The notes: generated by a model from the letters alone, not told the origin. DNA of 64,000 bases from Minisyncoccota bacterium (GCA_035652395.1 DASRDX010000009.1:208411-272410); one strand, 5' to 3'. Positions 51,312 through 60,349 are shown, counted from the first letter of the stretch. Numbers and translations: made by a program.

Positions 51312-51611
51312 TCAAGCTTTAGTTAGGCGCCGAAGACTGCCACGAACAGGAATCAAGCGGATCTCCATACCTGTTAACCGATATTCAAAAATTCCAACTT
51401 GATATTTATAGAAGAGCTCAAATCCAGCCGGCCCGTGTAGGTATTCATATGTAATGTGGTATAGAAGTTCGTCCTGAAGGCCGAAATCGCAACTGTTTAT
51501 ATTGATCCATTCCTTAAGGGTCAGGGTACAAATGTCACCATTCCAGCTATAAGCCGAGGCCACGTGTTGGCAGCTGAAAAGTAGACAAAGGGCAAATAGG
51601 AGTTTTTTCAT
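51312..51611 (-). CDS. Hypothetical small secreted protein
   Basis: Signal peptide MKKLLFALCLLFSCQHVASA. Has its own terminator hairpin. Confidence 0.45.
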   Translation of the reverse strand: MKKLLFALCLLFSCQHVASAYSWNGDICTLTLKEWININSCDFGLQDELLYHITYEYLHGPAGFELFYKYQVGIFEYRLTGMEIRLIPVRGSLRRLTKA

Positions 51612-51664
51612 CTGCTCTAAAGTATAGCCATCCGGCCTAGAAAAAGTTATCCACAGCCCTATAG

Positions 51665-51694
51665 TTGACAGGTGAACTATGGTTCACCTATACT
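51665..51694 (+). promoter_or_regulatory. Consensus promoter TTGACA-18-TATACT with embedded LexA (Cheo-type) SOS box GAACTATGGTTC at 51674-51685
   Basis: Perfect GAAC-N4-GTTC palindrome within the spacer of a near-consensus sigma70 promoter. It drives the small ORF plus lexA. Confidence 0.8.
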
Positions 51695-51700
51695 ATAGAC

Positions 51701-51901
51701 ATGGGTAAAAGTCAGATTTTAAACAAAATTAGATATGAGCTCGACAAGTTAAATGAGCAGATCGATCTAGCTATTATTGAGGGCCGCAACTACAAATCTT
51801 TGGCTAGTAAACATAAGATTTTGCTTTCCCGATTCAACCGATTGCAGAGTGAGGGAAGTTCTTTACTAACTAAAAGCTTTCGTTTCTTAACGTTATTTTA
51901 A
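51701..51901 (+). CDS. Hypothetical small protein co-transcribed upstream of lexA (leaderless)
   Basis: ATG lies 6 nt after the TATACT -10 of the LexA-box promoter. The stop is 1 nt before the lexA ATG. Confidence 0.35.
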   Translation: MGKSQILNKIRYELDKLNEQIDLAIIEGRNYKSLASKHKILLSRFNRLQSEGSSLLTKSFRFLTLF

Positions 51902-51902
51902 G

Positions 51903-52475
51903 ATGAACATGGATCATAAAGATAAAATCATCGGTTTCTATCAAAAGCACGGACGATTGCCGGGCTACAAAGAAATGATGAGCATGCTCGGTTTCAAATC
52001 CAAGAATGCCGTTTTTAAGCTGATTAATAAGCTGGTAGATGAAGGAATTCTGAATAAAGACAGCAACGGTCGCATCAGTCTCAACTCCATTTTTGATGAA
52101 ATCCCTTTACTCGGTTTGGTAGAAGCTGGTATTCCGGAAACGGCGGAAGAGATCCGGGGTGACACCATTAGTCTTGAAGATTTCTTGGTGGAGAATAAAG
52201 ATTCTACTTATCTTCTGGAGGTTAAGGGTGATTCCATGATTGATGCTCATATTGAGGAAGGGGATATGGTACTGGTCGATCGCAAAGGTAAGCCAAAGGA
52301 AGGAGATATTGTTATCGCCGAAGTCGACGGAGGCTGGACTATGAAGTATCTGCGCCGCGACAGTCGAACCGGCAAGCACTATCTTCAGCCGGCTAATAAG
52401 AATTACCGCAATATTTATCCGGAATATGAGATGAAAATCGCCGCCATTGTTCGGGCAGTTATCAGAAAATATTAA
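51903..52475 (+). CDS. lexA: LexA repressor
   Basis: N-terminal wHTH and an S24 peptidase domain with GDSM serine and EEGDMVLVDRKGKPKEGDIV lysine region. Confidence 0.93.
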   Translation: MNMDHKDKIIGFYQKHGRLPGYKEMMSMLGFKSKNAVFKLINKLVDEGILNKDSNGRISLNSIFDEIPLLGLVEAGIPETAEEIRGDTISLEDFLVENKDSTYLLEVKGDSMIDAHIEEGDMVLVDRKGKPKEGDIVIAEVDGGWTMKYLRRDSRTGKHYLQPANKNYRNIYPEYEMKIAAIVRAVIRKY

Positions 52476-52731
52476 TTAGGTCATTAAAGTAAGATTTATC
52501 AACCGTTTACGTCATCAAAAACATGTTGTATTACGATTATCAAACTAAGGAGAGACGACTTCAGAGAGCAAAGCATCGCTTTGCCAGTCATTTCCAGATC
52601 TTTTTGAAGTTCCACAATAAGCTCGTCACTCTTTCTTTATTTTAGTTAGGTCTTAGTTAAATCGGCGGTTAGCTTGTTAGGAATTTACTCCTAACGGCTA
52701 ACTTTCTGATTTACTGGCCCACTATTTTTAT

Positions 52732-53880
52732 ATGGAGCCTTTAGCCTCGCGTATTAGGCCTCGGAGTTTGAAGGAATTTATCGGTCAATCTCACTTAGTG
52801 GGCCGCGGAAAGTCTTTGGCTATTGCTATTAAAGAGAAGCATCTTTTTTCTTTTATTTTGTGGGGACCGCCGGGGGTCGGAAAAACTACTCTGGCTAAAA
52901 TTTATGCTGACGCTCTAGATGTGGAGTTTCATCATCTCTCGGCTGTCTCGGCCGGCAAAGATGACATTAAGCAATTGGTGGGGAAGGGTAATCTCCTTTC
53001 CAAACCGAAGTTGCTTTTTCTCGATGAGATACATCGTTTTAACAAAGCCCAGCAGGATTTTTTGTTGCCTTACGTAGAAAGTGGCGAAATTACTTTAATC
53101 GGAGCCACCACAGAAAATCCGAGTTTTGAAGTTATTCCGGCTTTGCTTAGTCGCTGTCGGGTATTTGTCCTAAATGAGTTGACTGATGCGGAGATGTCTA
53201 AAATTATTGATCGAACCGGCCTGAAGCTTTCTAAAGATTCAAAAGAGTGGCTAATTGGTATGGCCAATGGTGATGCCCGACAGGCCATTACTATGCTTGA
53301 AGCCGTTTCGAAACTTTATGATGAAATTACTCCCAAGACTCTGGCGGAAACTTTGCAGAGCAAATTTTTGCGTTTTGATAAGAAAGGAGAAGAGCATTAC
53401 AACACTATAAGTGCTTTCATTAAAAGTATGCGCGCCAGTCAACCGGACGCGGCGCTATATTATCTGGCCAGAATGATTGAGAGCGGAGAGGATCCAAAAT
53501 TTATTGCTCGCAGAATGGTTATCTTTGCCTCGGAAGATATCGGACAGGCTAACCCAACCTCCTTAGTAGTGGCCAATGAAGTGTTTAAGGCGGTTGAGAT
53601 AATTGGATTACCGGAATGCGCCATTAACTTGGCTGACGGCACGGTTTATTTGTGCCGTCAGCCAAAATCGAAGGCCTCTTACGAGGCCTTCGGCCGCGCC
53701 ATGGAAGATGCCAAAAAATTCGGCAATCTTCCAATTCCACTAAAGATTCGCAATGCTCCCACCAAACTGATGAAAGATCTCGGCTATCACAAAGGATATG
53801 AACGCTACAGCAAAGAAGACCTTCTTCCGGAAAAATTAAAAGGGAAGAAGTATTATAAAAATGATAAGAGTAAGTTATAA
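52732..53880 (+). CDS. rarA: Replication-associated recombination protein A (AAA+)
   Basis: GPPGVGKTT Walker A, LFLDEIHRF Walker B and MgsA C-terminal pattern. Confidence 0.92.
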   Translation: MEPLASRIRPRSLKEFIGQSHLVGRGKSLAIAIKEKHLFSFILWGPPGVGKTTLAKIYADALDVEFHHLSAVSAGKDDIKQLVGKGNLLSKPKLLFLDEIHRFNKAQQDFLLPYVESGEITLIGATTENPSFEVIPALLSRCRVFVLNELTDAEMSKIIDRTGLKLSKDSKEWLIGMANGDARQAITMLEAVSKLYDEITPKTLAETLQSKFLRFDKKGEEHYNTISAFIKSMRASQPDAALYYLARMIESGEDPKFIARRMVIFASEDIGQANPTSLVVANEVFKAVEIIGLPECAINLADGTVYLCRQPKSKASYEAFGRAMEDAKKFGNLPIPLKIRNAPTKLMKDLGYHKGYERYSKEDLLPEKLKGKKYYKNDKSKL

Positions 53881-53911
53881 TTGAGGAACTTAATAATTAA
53901 GTTAAACTTCT

Positions 53912-54502
53912 ATGATCAAATGGAATGAGTATACTTGGTATTCGCGGCTTGCCGCTTTAATCGTCTTTATTCTTCTTCTGCCGATTTTGACTTTTTACTT
54001 GGGAGTTCAATATCAGAAAACTGCGGATGTTTTGAGTTTATCGGCGAATGCGCCGCTACCGGCTGGCAATTATTCAAATAGTGGAGGATCCATTCCAGTC
54101 ACCATTGTAACTTCCACTACTACTTCCACCACCACTGTCATTACAACTACGAGCAAACCTCAAATCAATTCATTGAATCCCTCAAGTGGTAGCGCTGGCA
54201 CAGAAGTAACTATTAGCGGTTTAAATTTTGATCGAAATTCCAATCAAATCACTTTTGGCAGTTCCAATGGTCGCCATCATCCGGATGGATCGGCTGATAA
54301 CGTTATTGCCAATGTTGGTTCGGCTGATGGCAAAACTTTAACTTTTACCGTTCCCGCCAGTGGTCCATCCGGCATTCTTTGTAGCAGCGCCGGATCTTGT
54401 ATTGGAATTTCCGCTCTGCGTCTAACTTCCGGAACTTATCCTGTCAGTGTCATCAATAAAAATGGCACTAGTAATGTTGTTCAATTTAGCCTGACTGAGT
54501 AA
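53912..54502 (+). CDS. Secreted/membrane-anchored protein with Thr-rich linker and IPT/TIG-like domain
   Basis: N-terminal TM, TSTTTSTTTVITTT linker, PQINSLNPSSGSAGTEVTISGLNF IPT-like strand pattern. Confidence 0.55.
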   Translation: MIKWNEYTWYSRLAALIVFILLLPILTFYLGVQYQKTADVLSLSANAPLPAGNYSNSGGSIPVTIVTSTTTSTTTVITTTSKPQINSLNPSSGSAGTEVTISGLNFDRNSNQITFGSSNGRHHPDGSADNVIANVGSADGKTLTFTVPASGPSGILCSSAGSCIGISALRLTSGTYPVSVINKNGTSNVVQFSLTE

Positions 54503-54981
54503 TGGCTGTTCATCCAGAAGTAAAGATCGGTCACGTCCATTTAAAGGTGGCCGATCTTGATAGAGCCTTGAAATTTTATAGAGATCTTCTGGGCTTTGAG
54601 GTGACTGCTCGGTATGGCGCCGGAGCGGTTTTTCTTTCGGCCGGAGGCTATCACCACCACATTGGTTTAAATACTTGGGAAAGTCTGGGAGGAACTCCGC
54701 CAGCAGCAGGTCACACAGGCTTGTATCACTTTGCGATTTTGTATCCAAGTCGAAAAGAGCTGGCCACAGTCTTGCAGAAATTAATTGAAGCTGATTATCC
54801 ATTGACTGGCGCTTCCGATCATGGTGTTTCCGAAGCTATTTATCTCAATGATCCTGATGGTAATGGGGTGGAACTTTATGTTGATCGACCTCGTTCAGAA
54901 TGGAAAGTTAAAAATGATGGGGAAGTGGAAATGATTACCGAGCCTCTCGATTTGGAAGATTTGCTTAAGACTTTGGATTAA
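54502..54981 (+). CDS. VOC-family (glyoxalase/bleomycin-resistance/dioxygenase) protein
   Basis: IGHVHLKVADLDRALKFYRDLLGFEV VOC beta-alpha-beta-beta-beta motif. Confidence 0.8.
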   Translation: MAVHPEVKIGHVHLKVADLDRALKFYRDLLGFEVTARYGAGAVFLSAGGYHHHIGLNTWESLGGTPPAAGHTGLYHFAILYPSRKELATVLQKLIEADYPLTGASDHGVSEAIYLNDPDGNGVELYVDRPRSEWKVKNDGEVEMITEPLDLEDLLKTLD

Positions 54982-55621
54982 AAATAAAAACTCGATATCG
55001 CATGTTGCTAATCGAGTCTGGATTCATTGAATTTTTGACACATCTGTTTCCATGTTTGGAAACCTATTCGTGAAAGAAAGACCAGAACGATTAAACGATT
55101 ACCAGGAGAATTCCCACGCCCTACAAAATCTGCTTAAGAGACATGGTGATAAATCCTCCTAATCATTCGTGGACTATCGAAGGCCACGTTTATCAAATCC
55201 TCTGATGTAGCTACTCGCGAGTAGCAGTACAAGAGTTCGAGATGGTCACACTGACGACACCATCTGGTGGTGATTTTGTGGTAATGCGCCCGTGGCTCTG
55301 ACTCATTGAAGTAGACCACTAAACGATTGCAGGTAATAACTATAGTGGTCACCTCCAGACTTTTGCAACTTCGACAGGCTGGACGCTTTTTGATCCTTCT
55401 GGTAAGTCTGCTTAGACTATAGAAGCTTAACCAGAGAGCCAAAGAGATGGGTCCCCAGAGAAAAAAGTAAAGAAAAAGGTAAAAAAGAACATGAGAAAAT
55501 GTACTCATCTAATTTCTAGATTAAATTAAGATAAAGAAAAAATCAAACCCAACCAAGATAAATAAGCCCTCTAGACTTATCTTATAAATCTTATAAATGT
55601 GAAATAAAATGCCAGACCTCT
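54982..55621. other. 640-bp ORF-poor gap between convergent genes, candidate structured ncRNA locus
   Basis: Stops in all frames. Perfect palindrome GCTACTCGCGAGTAGC and several other inverted repeats. No tRNA-like, tmRNA (UUCGACGGG / GGUUCGA...CCA) or RNase P (AGGAAAGUCC) signature found by eye. Confidence 0.3.
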
Positions 55622-56380
55622 TTAGTCTGACAGCTCCGTTTCAACCACCAACATTAAGTGGTCCGAAAAAGCCTTGGCTTTCGGAATGTAGCAGTTAATT
55701 GACCGGAAATGATGGCTGAGAAAGATGTAATCTCGCGGCTGCTTTGGATTCCACGAAGGATAGGTCGGGAGACTACAGCAATGATTTAGCGGTGTCTTCT
55801 GAAGCAAGACCTCAAGATCCCGTGCCTCCTTATCCTTTCTGGTATTGAAATCGCCCATTAGGATTAACGGCTCCGACCGATCTTTCAGCACTTCAATGAT
55901 CTCTCCAATCTGAATTCGCCGATTTTTAGTCTGAAGAGCCAAATGACAAATGAAGACACTCATTTTCTGGCCCCCAACATCGATCGCGCCTTCTTCCAGT
56001 GCCATTCGCATCAATTTATTGTAAATACGATGCGAATCAAATCTCTTGATCGGAAACTGCGTCAGAAGTGCATTTCCTTCATAAAAGAAGAATTTGCCGT
56101 ACTTCTGTGACGAATAGAAATGAGTTTCGGCCAGATCGGAGCTTCCGGAGAGAACCTTGAGTTGTGATTCAGATCCTCCTCGAAGTGAGGGTTCCGAGAT
56201 TTCAGTTACGCCGGCAATCTGAATCCCTTCTTTTTTAAGGATTTCTCCTGCCTGTCTGATCGGGGCGTCGGAATGAGGCAGCCAATACCGCCAACCAGTT
56301 AAAAAGAAATCATGAAGACCGCGGGTAGTAGCTACTCCCGATTGAAGATTTAAAGTGGCAATTTTGATTTTAGTCGACAT
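55622..56380 (-). CDS. Endonuclease/exonuclease/phosphatase (EEP, ExoIII-like) family protein
   Basis: IATLNLQ, MGDFN and SDHLML catalytic motifs. Confidence 0.8.
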   Translation of the reverse strand: MSTKIKIATLNLQSGVATTRGLHDFFLTGWRYWLPHSDAPIRQAGEILKKEGIQIAGVTEISEPSLRGGSESQLKVLSGSSDLAETHFYSSQKYGKFFFYEGNALLTQFPIKRFDSHRIYNKLMRMALEEGAIDVGGQKMSVFICHLALQTKNRRIQIGEIIEVLKDRSEPLILMGDFNTRKDKEARDLEVLLQKTPLNHCCSLPTYPSWNPKQPRDYIFLSHHFRSINCYIPKAKAFSDHLMLVVETELSD

Positions 56381-56408
56381 AAATCTAACTCTGTATTAGC
56401 ATAAAAGT

Positions 56409-56960
56409 ATGGATACCGCTACTTATCTTATCATCGGAGGCTTTGTTGCAGGCATTGCCGGAACAGTGATTTTAAAATCCATAAAATTAACACCCAAGCA
56501 ATTTTTCGGCTGGATGCTGGTTTTATTTGCGGGGATATACATCATAATTCAGATTTATGGGGCGGTTGAGTATGCTTACGTGGCCAACGCCGATTGTCAT
56601 AAATACTTAGGCTGTGGGGTTGAATTTTTCGGTTACGACGCCTTTGAGCATTTCTTTTCAGGACTTTTATTTTGGTTTTTAATATTGTGGCTCTGCCAGC
56701 TTTTCCCAAAATATTCAATCCTTCATGAAAGTCGTTGGAAAAATTTCCTTATCCTGGTTTCTCTTTCCACTTTATTTTTTGTCCTTTGGGAAATAGGGGA
56801 GTGCCTCCACGATATTTTCCGCCTTCAGATCGTTCACGAGCCTATTCTTAGCTACAACCTCCGCTTCAATCTGCTAGATCAGCCAACAAACCTAGACACC
56901 ATGGGTGACTTAATTTTCGGTTTGCTTAGCTCAATTGTTGGATTTCTCATCAGTCTTTAA
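56409..56960 (+). CDS. Hypothetical integral membrane protein
   Basis: Four to five TM helices. No motif recognised. Confidence 0.5.
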   Translation: MDTATYLIIGGFVAGIAGTVILKSIKLTPKQFFGWMLVLFAGIYIIIQIYGAVEYAYVANADCHKYLGCGVEFFGYDAFEHFFSGLLFWFLILWLCQLFPKYSILHESRWKNFLILVSLSTLFFVLWEIGECLHDIFRLQIVHEPILSYNLRFNLLDQPTNLDTMGDLIFGLLSSIVGFLISL

Positions 56961-56977
56961 AATTACGCGTTCTATTT

Positions 56978-56986
56978 TGCTATAAT
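56978..56986 (+). promoter_or_regulatory. Extended -10 TGcTATAAT 6 nt upstream of M23 peptidase ATG 56993
   Basis: Sequence ttTGCTATAATttctccATG. Confidence 0.45.
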
Positions 56987-56992
56987 TTCTCC

Positions 56993-57652
56993 ATGATTTT
57001 CCCGACCTTAAAAAATAAGGCCTTTGGGTATGTAAACCTAAATACTGAAGCGGAACTGTGGCTTAAAGATCAGAAACCAGCTTTAAAAGAAAATGCTTTA
57101 CTTGATCCTGAAGTGAATACTAAAATGGTTGCTGATGTGCACAAAAAATATGGAATTGATTTTTCGTATGGTGGTTGGATGGAAGACAGAAGTTTTTTGG
57201 GGCGCGGAACATATCTTGAGCCTCTAAATACTTATCTCCACCTTGGTGTTGATATTAATGCCCCGGTTGGAACAGAAATAGCTGCCGATTTTAATGCAGA
57301 AGTGATTTTGATTGATGACGATTATCCGGAAGAAGGGGGTTGGGGACCAAGAGTTATGCTGAAACATCAATCAAAACCGGTGTATTTTATTTACGGACAT
57401 TTGGACAAAGAAATTTCGTTTACGAAGGGAGAAAAAATTACAAAAGGACAAGTATTCGCCCGGATCGGTAAGGCTCCTTACAATGGAAATTGGTTTCCTC
57501 ATGTACACGTTCAAGTAATTAGAGAGGATTTCTATAAACAGCTAGAAAAGGAAAATGCTGTAGAAGATCTTGATGGTTACGGCTCTTGGGAGAATTTAGC
57601 GAATCACGCTTTTAGATTTCCTGACCCACTCCAATACATATCACTTACATAG
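56993..57652 (+). CDS. M23-family peptidase (LytM-like)
   Basis: HLGVDINAPVGT...HVHVQV M23 motifs. Confidence 0.78.
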   Translation: MIFPTLKNKAFGYVNLNTEAELWLKDQKPALKENALLDPEVNTKMVADVHKKYGIDFSYGGWMEDRSFLGRGTYLEPLNTYLHLGVDINAPVGTEIAADFNAEVILIDDDYPEEGGWGPRVMLKHQSKPVYFIYGHLDKEISFTKGEKITKGQVFARIGKAPYNGNWFPHVHVQVIREDFYKQLEKENAVEDLDGYGSWENLANHAFRFPDPLQYISLT

Positions 57653-57678
57653 CTTAAACGGTAATCAAAAATTAATTC

Positions 57679-58029
57679 ATGCTAAAACAAAATCTTTACG
57701 CCACATCGTTCGCCAAGGTTTATCCTTACTATATTGCCAAGGCGGAGAAAAAAGGACGCACGAAAGCGGAAGTTGATAAGATTATCTGCTGGTTAACCGG
57801 CTACACCCAAAAACAATTTGAAAAACAACTCGAAAAGGGAACTGACTTCGAGACTTTCTATACCAAAGCGCCTAAGCCTAACCCCAAGAGATCCTTAATA
57901 AAAGGCGTGATCTGTGGTGTTCGAGTTGAAGAAATTAAGGACAAAGTAATGCGAGAACTCCGTTATTTAGACAAACTGATTGATGAATTGGCCAAAGGAA
58001 AGCCTATGGAGCAAATTTTACGGAAGTAA
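57679..58029 (+). CDS. DUF2200-like small protein
   Basis: N-terminal [32 protein letters not shown] resembles the DUF2200 family as recalled from memory. Unverified. Confidence 0.45.
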   Translation: MLKQNLYATSFAKVYPYYIAKAEKKGRTKAEVDKIICWLTGYTQKQFEKQLEKGTDFETFYTKAPKPNPKRSLIKGVICGVRVEEIKDKVMRELRYLDKLIDELAKGKPMEQILRK

Positions 58030-58173
58030 GCTTAAAGCTCGAGAGGCGGTGGTGTAGCTATACCATGTCGCAAAAGGTATATTGTGCGACACTATCTATA
58101 TATGAGAAAGGTCTCTTCCCCACAGCTATAGCGACGTGTAATACTGCATGGGGTTTTTAGTGGTTCGACTTTC

Positions 58174-58677
58174 TTATTGATGGCAAGATGTTTGACTCAG
58201 ACTTACTTCCTTTTGGACATTGTTTGCTGCTACATTACAAATCGCAAATAGAACCAAAAAGGCTAAACCCAAAATAAAACTAAACATTACAAAGTCATTT
58301 ATTCGTTCGATTTTCCTTCCTCTTTTATCCTTGAGATCATCAGACAACTTTTGATACATTTGAGGTGTAAATTCCTCTGGTGCACCAATACGGTTGTTTA
58401 TTTCCTCAAAATTTTCTGCAGAATATCTTCTACTTATGTAATAACTAAAGGCATTTGACATTAGCGAAGAAGAAAGACAGGCCCAAGAAGCCAGTAGTAG
58501 TTGAATATTCTCTAAACAAGAAGAGCCGCTATAGAAAGTAATCGATACGGCGAAAGCCCCAGCGGAAACGTATAAAAGAATTTTACTCAATTCTTCATCA
58601 GCAAGCTTTTCGCCCCATCTATTCCTCTCCAATTCTTTAAAGATGAATTCTCTAAAATTAGAATCTGACAGAGACAT
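58174..58677 (-). CDS. Hypothetical membrane protein downstream of the Doc toxin gene
   Basis: Two TM segments. Same strand as Doc, 51 nt downstream. Confidence 0.45.
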   Translation of the reverse strand: MSLSDSNFREFIFKELERNRWGEKLADEELSKILLYVSAGAFAVSITFYSGSSCLENIQLLLASWACLSSSLMSNAFSYYISRRYSAENFEEINNRIGAPEEFTPQMYQKLSDDLKDKRGRKIERINDFVMFSFILGLAFLVLFAICNVAANNVQKEVSLSQTSCHQ

Positions 58678-58728
58678 TCAATTATTATACCTCTAATTTA
58701 TGCAGGATCCGACCAGGGGCTCACTTCC

Positions 58729-59157
58729 CTACCTTTTTGCTTTTACAAGATATATATTGAAAATCTTTTGGATTTTCTCTACTTCTTTGTCTTTGTCAGA
58801 TGCCTCACTCATAGCAACTTCTTTGGCAATTTCATAAAGGAGTTTTTTGGGCATGGCTAGCCATCTTTTGTTTTTATTAACGAAAGAAAAAACGGTCATC
58901 ACAGCAATTCTTTTATTTCCATTAACAAAGGCATGATTTTTCACCAAAAGGTAAAATAATATACTTACTTTTCCTATAAGCCCCTTGTAAAGATACTTTC
59001 CACCATAAGTTTGGAAAGGAGTATCTAAACAACTTTCTAACTTACCTTTATATCGAGTACCAAATTCAGGTATTGGCTCACTATATTTCATCAATGCTCG
59101 TGCTAGTGCGTGAGCCCCATATTCCACCTCCTGGATCGTAATGGGTTTTGATCTCAT
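58729..59157 (-). CDS. doc: Doc (death-on-curing) family toxin, Fic fold
   Basis: HAFVNGNKR motif, equivalent to the Doc HxFx(D/N)GNKR signature. Confidence 0.85.
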   Translation of the reverse strand: MRSKPITIQEVEYGAHALARALMKYSEPIPEFGTRYKGKLESCLDTPFQTYGGKYLYKGLIGKVSILFYLLVKNHAFVNGNKRIAVMTVFSFVNKNKRWLAMPKKLLYEIAKEVAMSEASDKDKEVEKIQKIFNIYLVKAKR

Positions 59158-59414
59158 TCCTTTCCAAGTTTCTCGAAGACTTCTCGATACTCCTTTACAG
59201 CTCTTTTTACTGCCGAGTTAATTTCTTTTCGACTAGATTTGGGAAGATTGGAATCTATATGTAGATTTTTTACATCAATAATATAGTTTCTTCCAACCTT
59301 TTCAGCCGGAATTTCACCACTTTGAATCTTCTTGAATACGGCCGTTCTGCTTAATCCATATAAACGAGATATTTCAGTAGCGCTGTAGTATCTTTTGTTT
59401 GAGCCATTTTTCAT
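59154..59414 (-). CDS. HTH (excisionase/MerR-like) DNA-binding protein, putative antitoxin for Doc
   Basis: SATEISRLYGLSRTAVFKKIQSGEIPAEKVGRNYII helix-turn-helix. 4-nt overlap with the doc start. A palindromic operator lies immediately upstream. Confidence 0.7.
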   Translation of the reverse strand: MKNGSNKRYYSATEISRLYGLSRTAVFKKIQSGEIPAEKVGRNYIIDVKNLHIDSNLPKSSRKEINSAVKRAVKEYREVFEKLGKE

Positions 59415-59422
59415 ATTTGTAT

Positions 59423-59438
59423 GTTAACATATGTTAAC
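59423..59438. promoter_or_regulatory. Perfect 16-bp palindrome GTTAACATATGTTAAC, candidate TA-operon operator
   Basis: Lies 9 nt upstream of the antitoxin ATG on the minus strand. It sits between a TTGATA -35-like and a TACAAA -10-like element. Confidence 0.6.
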
Positions 59439-59619
59439 TATCAAATCAAATTCTGGCTCTTTTACAGCAGAAATACTGTTGCCATTTTTGTTCAAAAATC
59501 CTGTCAAAGCGCTAGAAAAAAATTCAGTATTTTTGTTAGTCGCGATTACCATATTGTGCGATGTTGCCTCTCTCTCATCTGATATAAAAACGAATACCTC
59601 GGGTATTCGTGAATCTGAC

Positions 59620-60291
59620 CTAATGGGCGGCCAGGAATTTTTTTAGCGTTTTCAGATCTCTACCAACAGTCGTAGTAATTCCACCGCACACGTTTGTGGC
59701 CATCACCATGCTGATCACTTCCCCATTTTGATTAAATAATGGTGAACCGGAGTTTCCATGCTCACTCCTAATAGTGAAGAAATCTTGATGATTGAAGTGA
59801 TAAAGAAAATAACCAACTTTCTCTACACACTTTTTATCCATCGGATGAACGATCTGATGAATTGACTCGAAGGAACGCAGGCGGCTAGCTGTCGCGAGTT
59901 GAAGCGGTGGCAGTGGTTTCTTAATCCAAATAAGGGCCAGATCATCTTTTGGATCGGTTTTTACTACTTTACCCATTTGAGTCTCGTTTCTTAGACTGGA
60001 GACAGCACAACTTTTTCTATTGTCTATGCCGTGGAAACAAGTCAAAACAAAATGGCCGTTACCAATTGCGAAACCACTGGAGTTAAGGTTGTTTTGGATA
60101 ACACGTGTAGTCACTCGTGCTAGAAGGCTTCCACTAGAGGTTGATTCCTTTACTCTCTTAGAACTTACTAGCGTTCTCACGAATGTCACAGACTGTGCCA
60201 ACTTGTTGTGAAGTGATGATGGCCACTCCTCTACCGCTTCTGCGAATTGGGTAAAGAAAAATGGAATTAAAATGAACAGGAGCTTTTTCAT
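59620..60291 (-). CDS. Secreted trypsin-like serine protease (S1 family)
   Basis: Signal peptide. Catalytic triad context CFHG, DLALI, GNSGSP. Confidence 0.78.
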   Translation of the reverse strand: MKKLLFILIPFFFTQFAEAVEEWPSSLHNKLAQSVTFVRTLVSSKRVKESTSSGSLLARVTTRVIQNNLNSSGFAIGNGHFVLTCFHGIDNRKSCAVSSLRNETQMGKVVKTDPKDDLALIWIKKPLPPLQLATASRLRSFESIHQIVHPMDKKCVEKVGYFLYHFNHQDFFTIRSEHGNSGSPLFNQNGEVISMVMATNVCGGITTTVGRDLKTLKKFLAAH

Positions 60292-60349
60292 GAGTATTCT
60301 GGATTCTGCTCATATTTTAATACTTAGTTTCTTAAAATAAAAGACTACC

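Noticed and set aside
54982-55621. tmRNA or RNase P RNA identity for the long non-coding gap.
   Set aside because: Conserved tmRNA elements (5' GGGG...UUCGACGGG, 3' GGUUCGA...CCACCA) and RNase P P4 or CR-I/V strings (AGGAAAGUCC, ACAGAACCCGGCUUA) are absent on both strands. Kept only as an unspecified ncRNA candidate.
58030-58173. Possible tRNA, because of GGTTCGAC and several short hairpins.
   Set aside because: No cloverleaf could be drawn. The T-stem is not complementary and no acceptor stem or anticodon arm is evident on either strand. More likely terminator hairpins between convergent genes.
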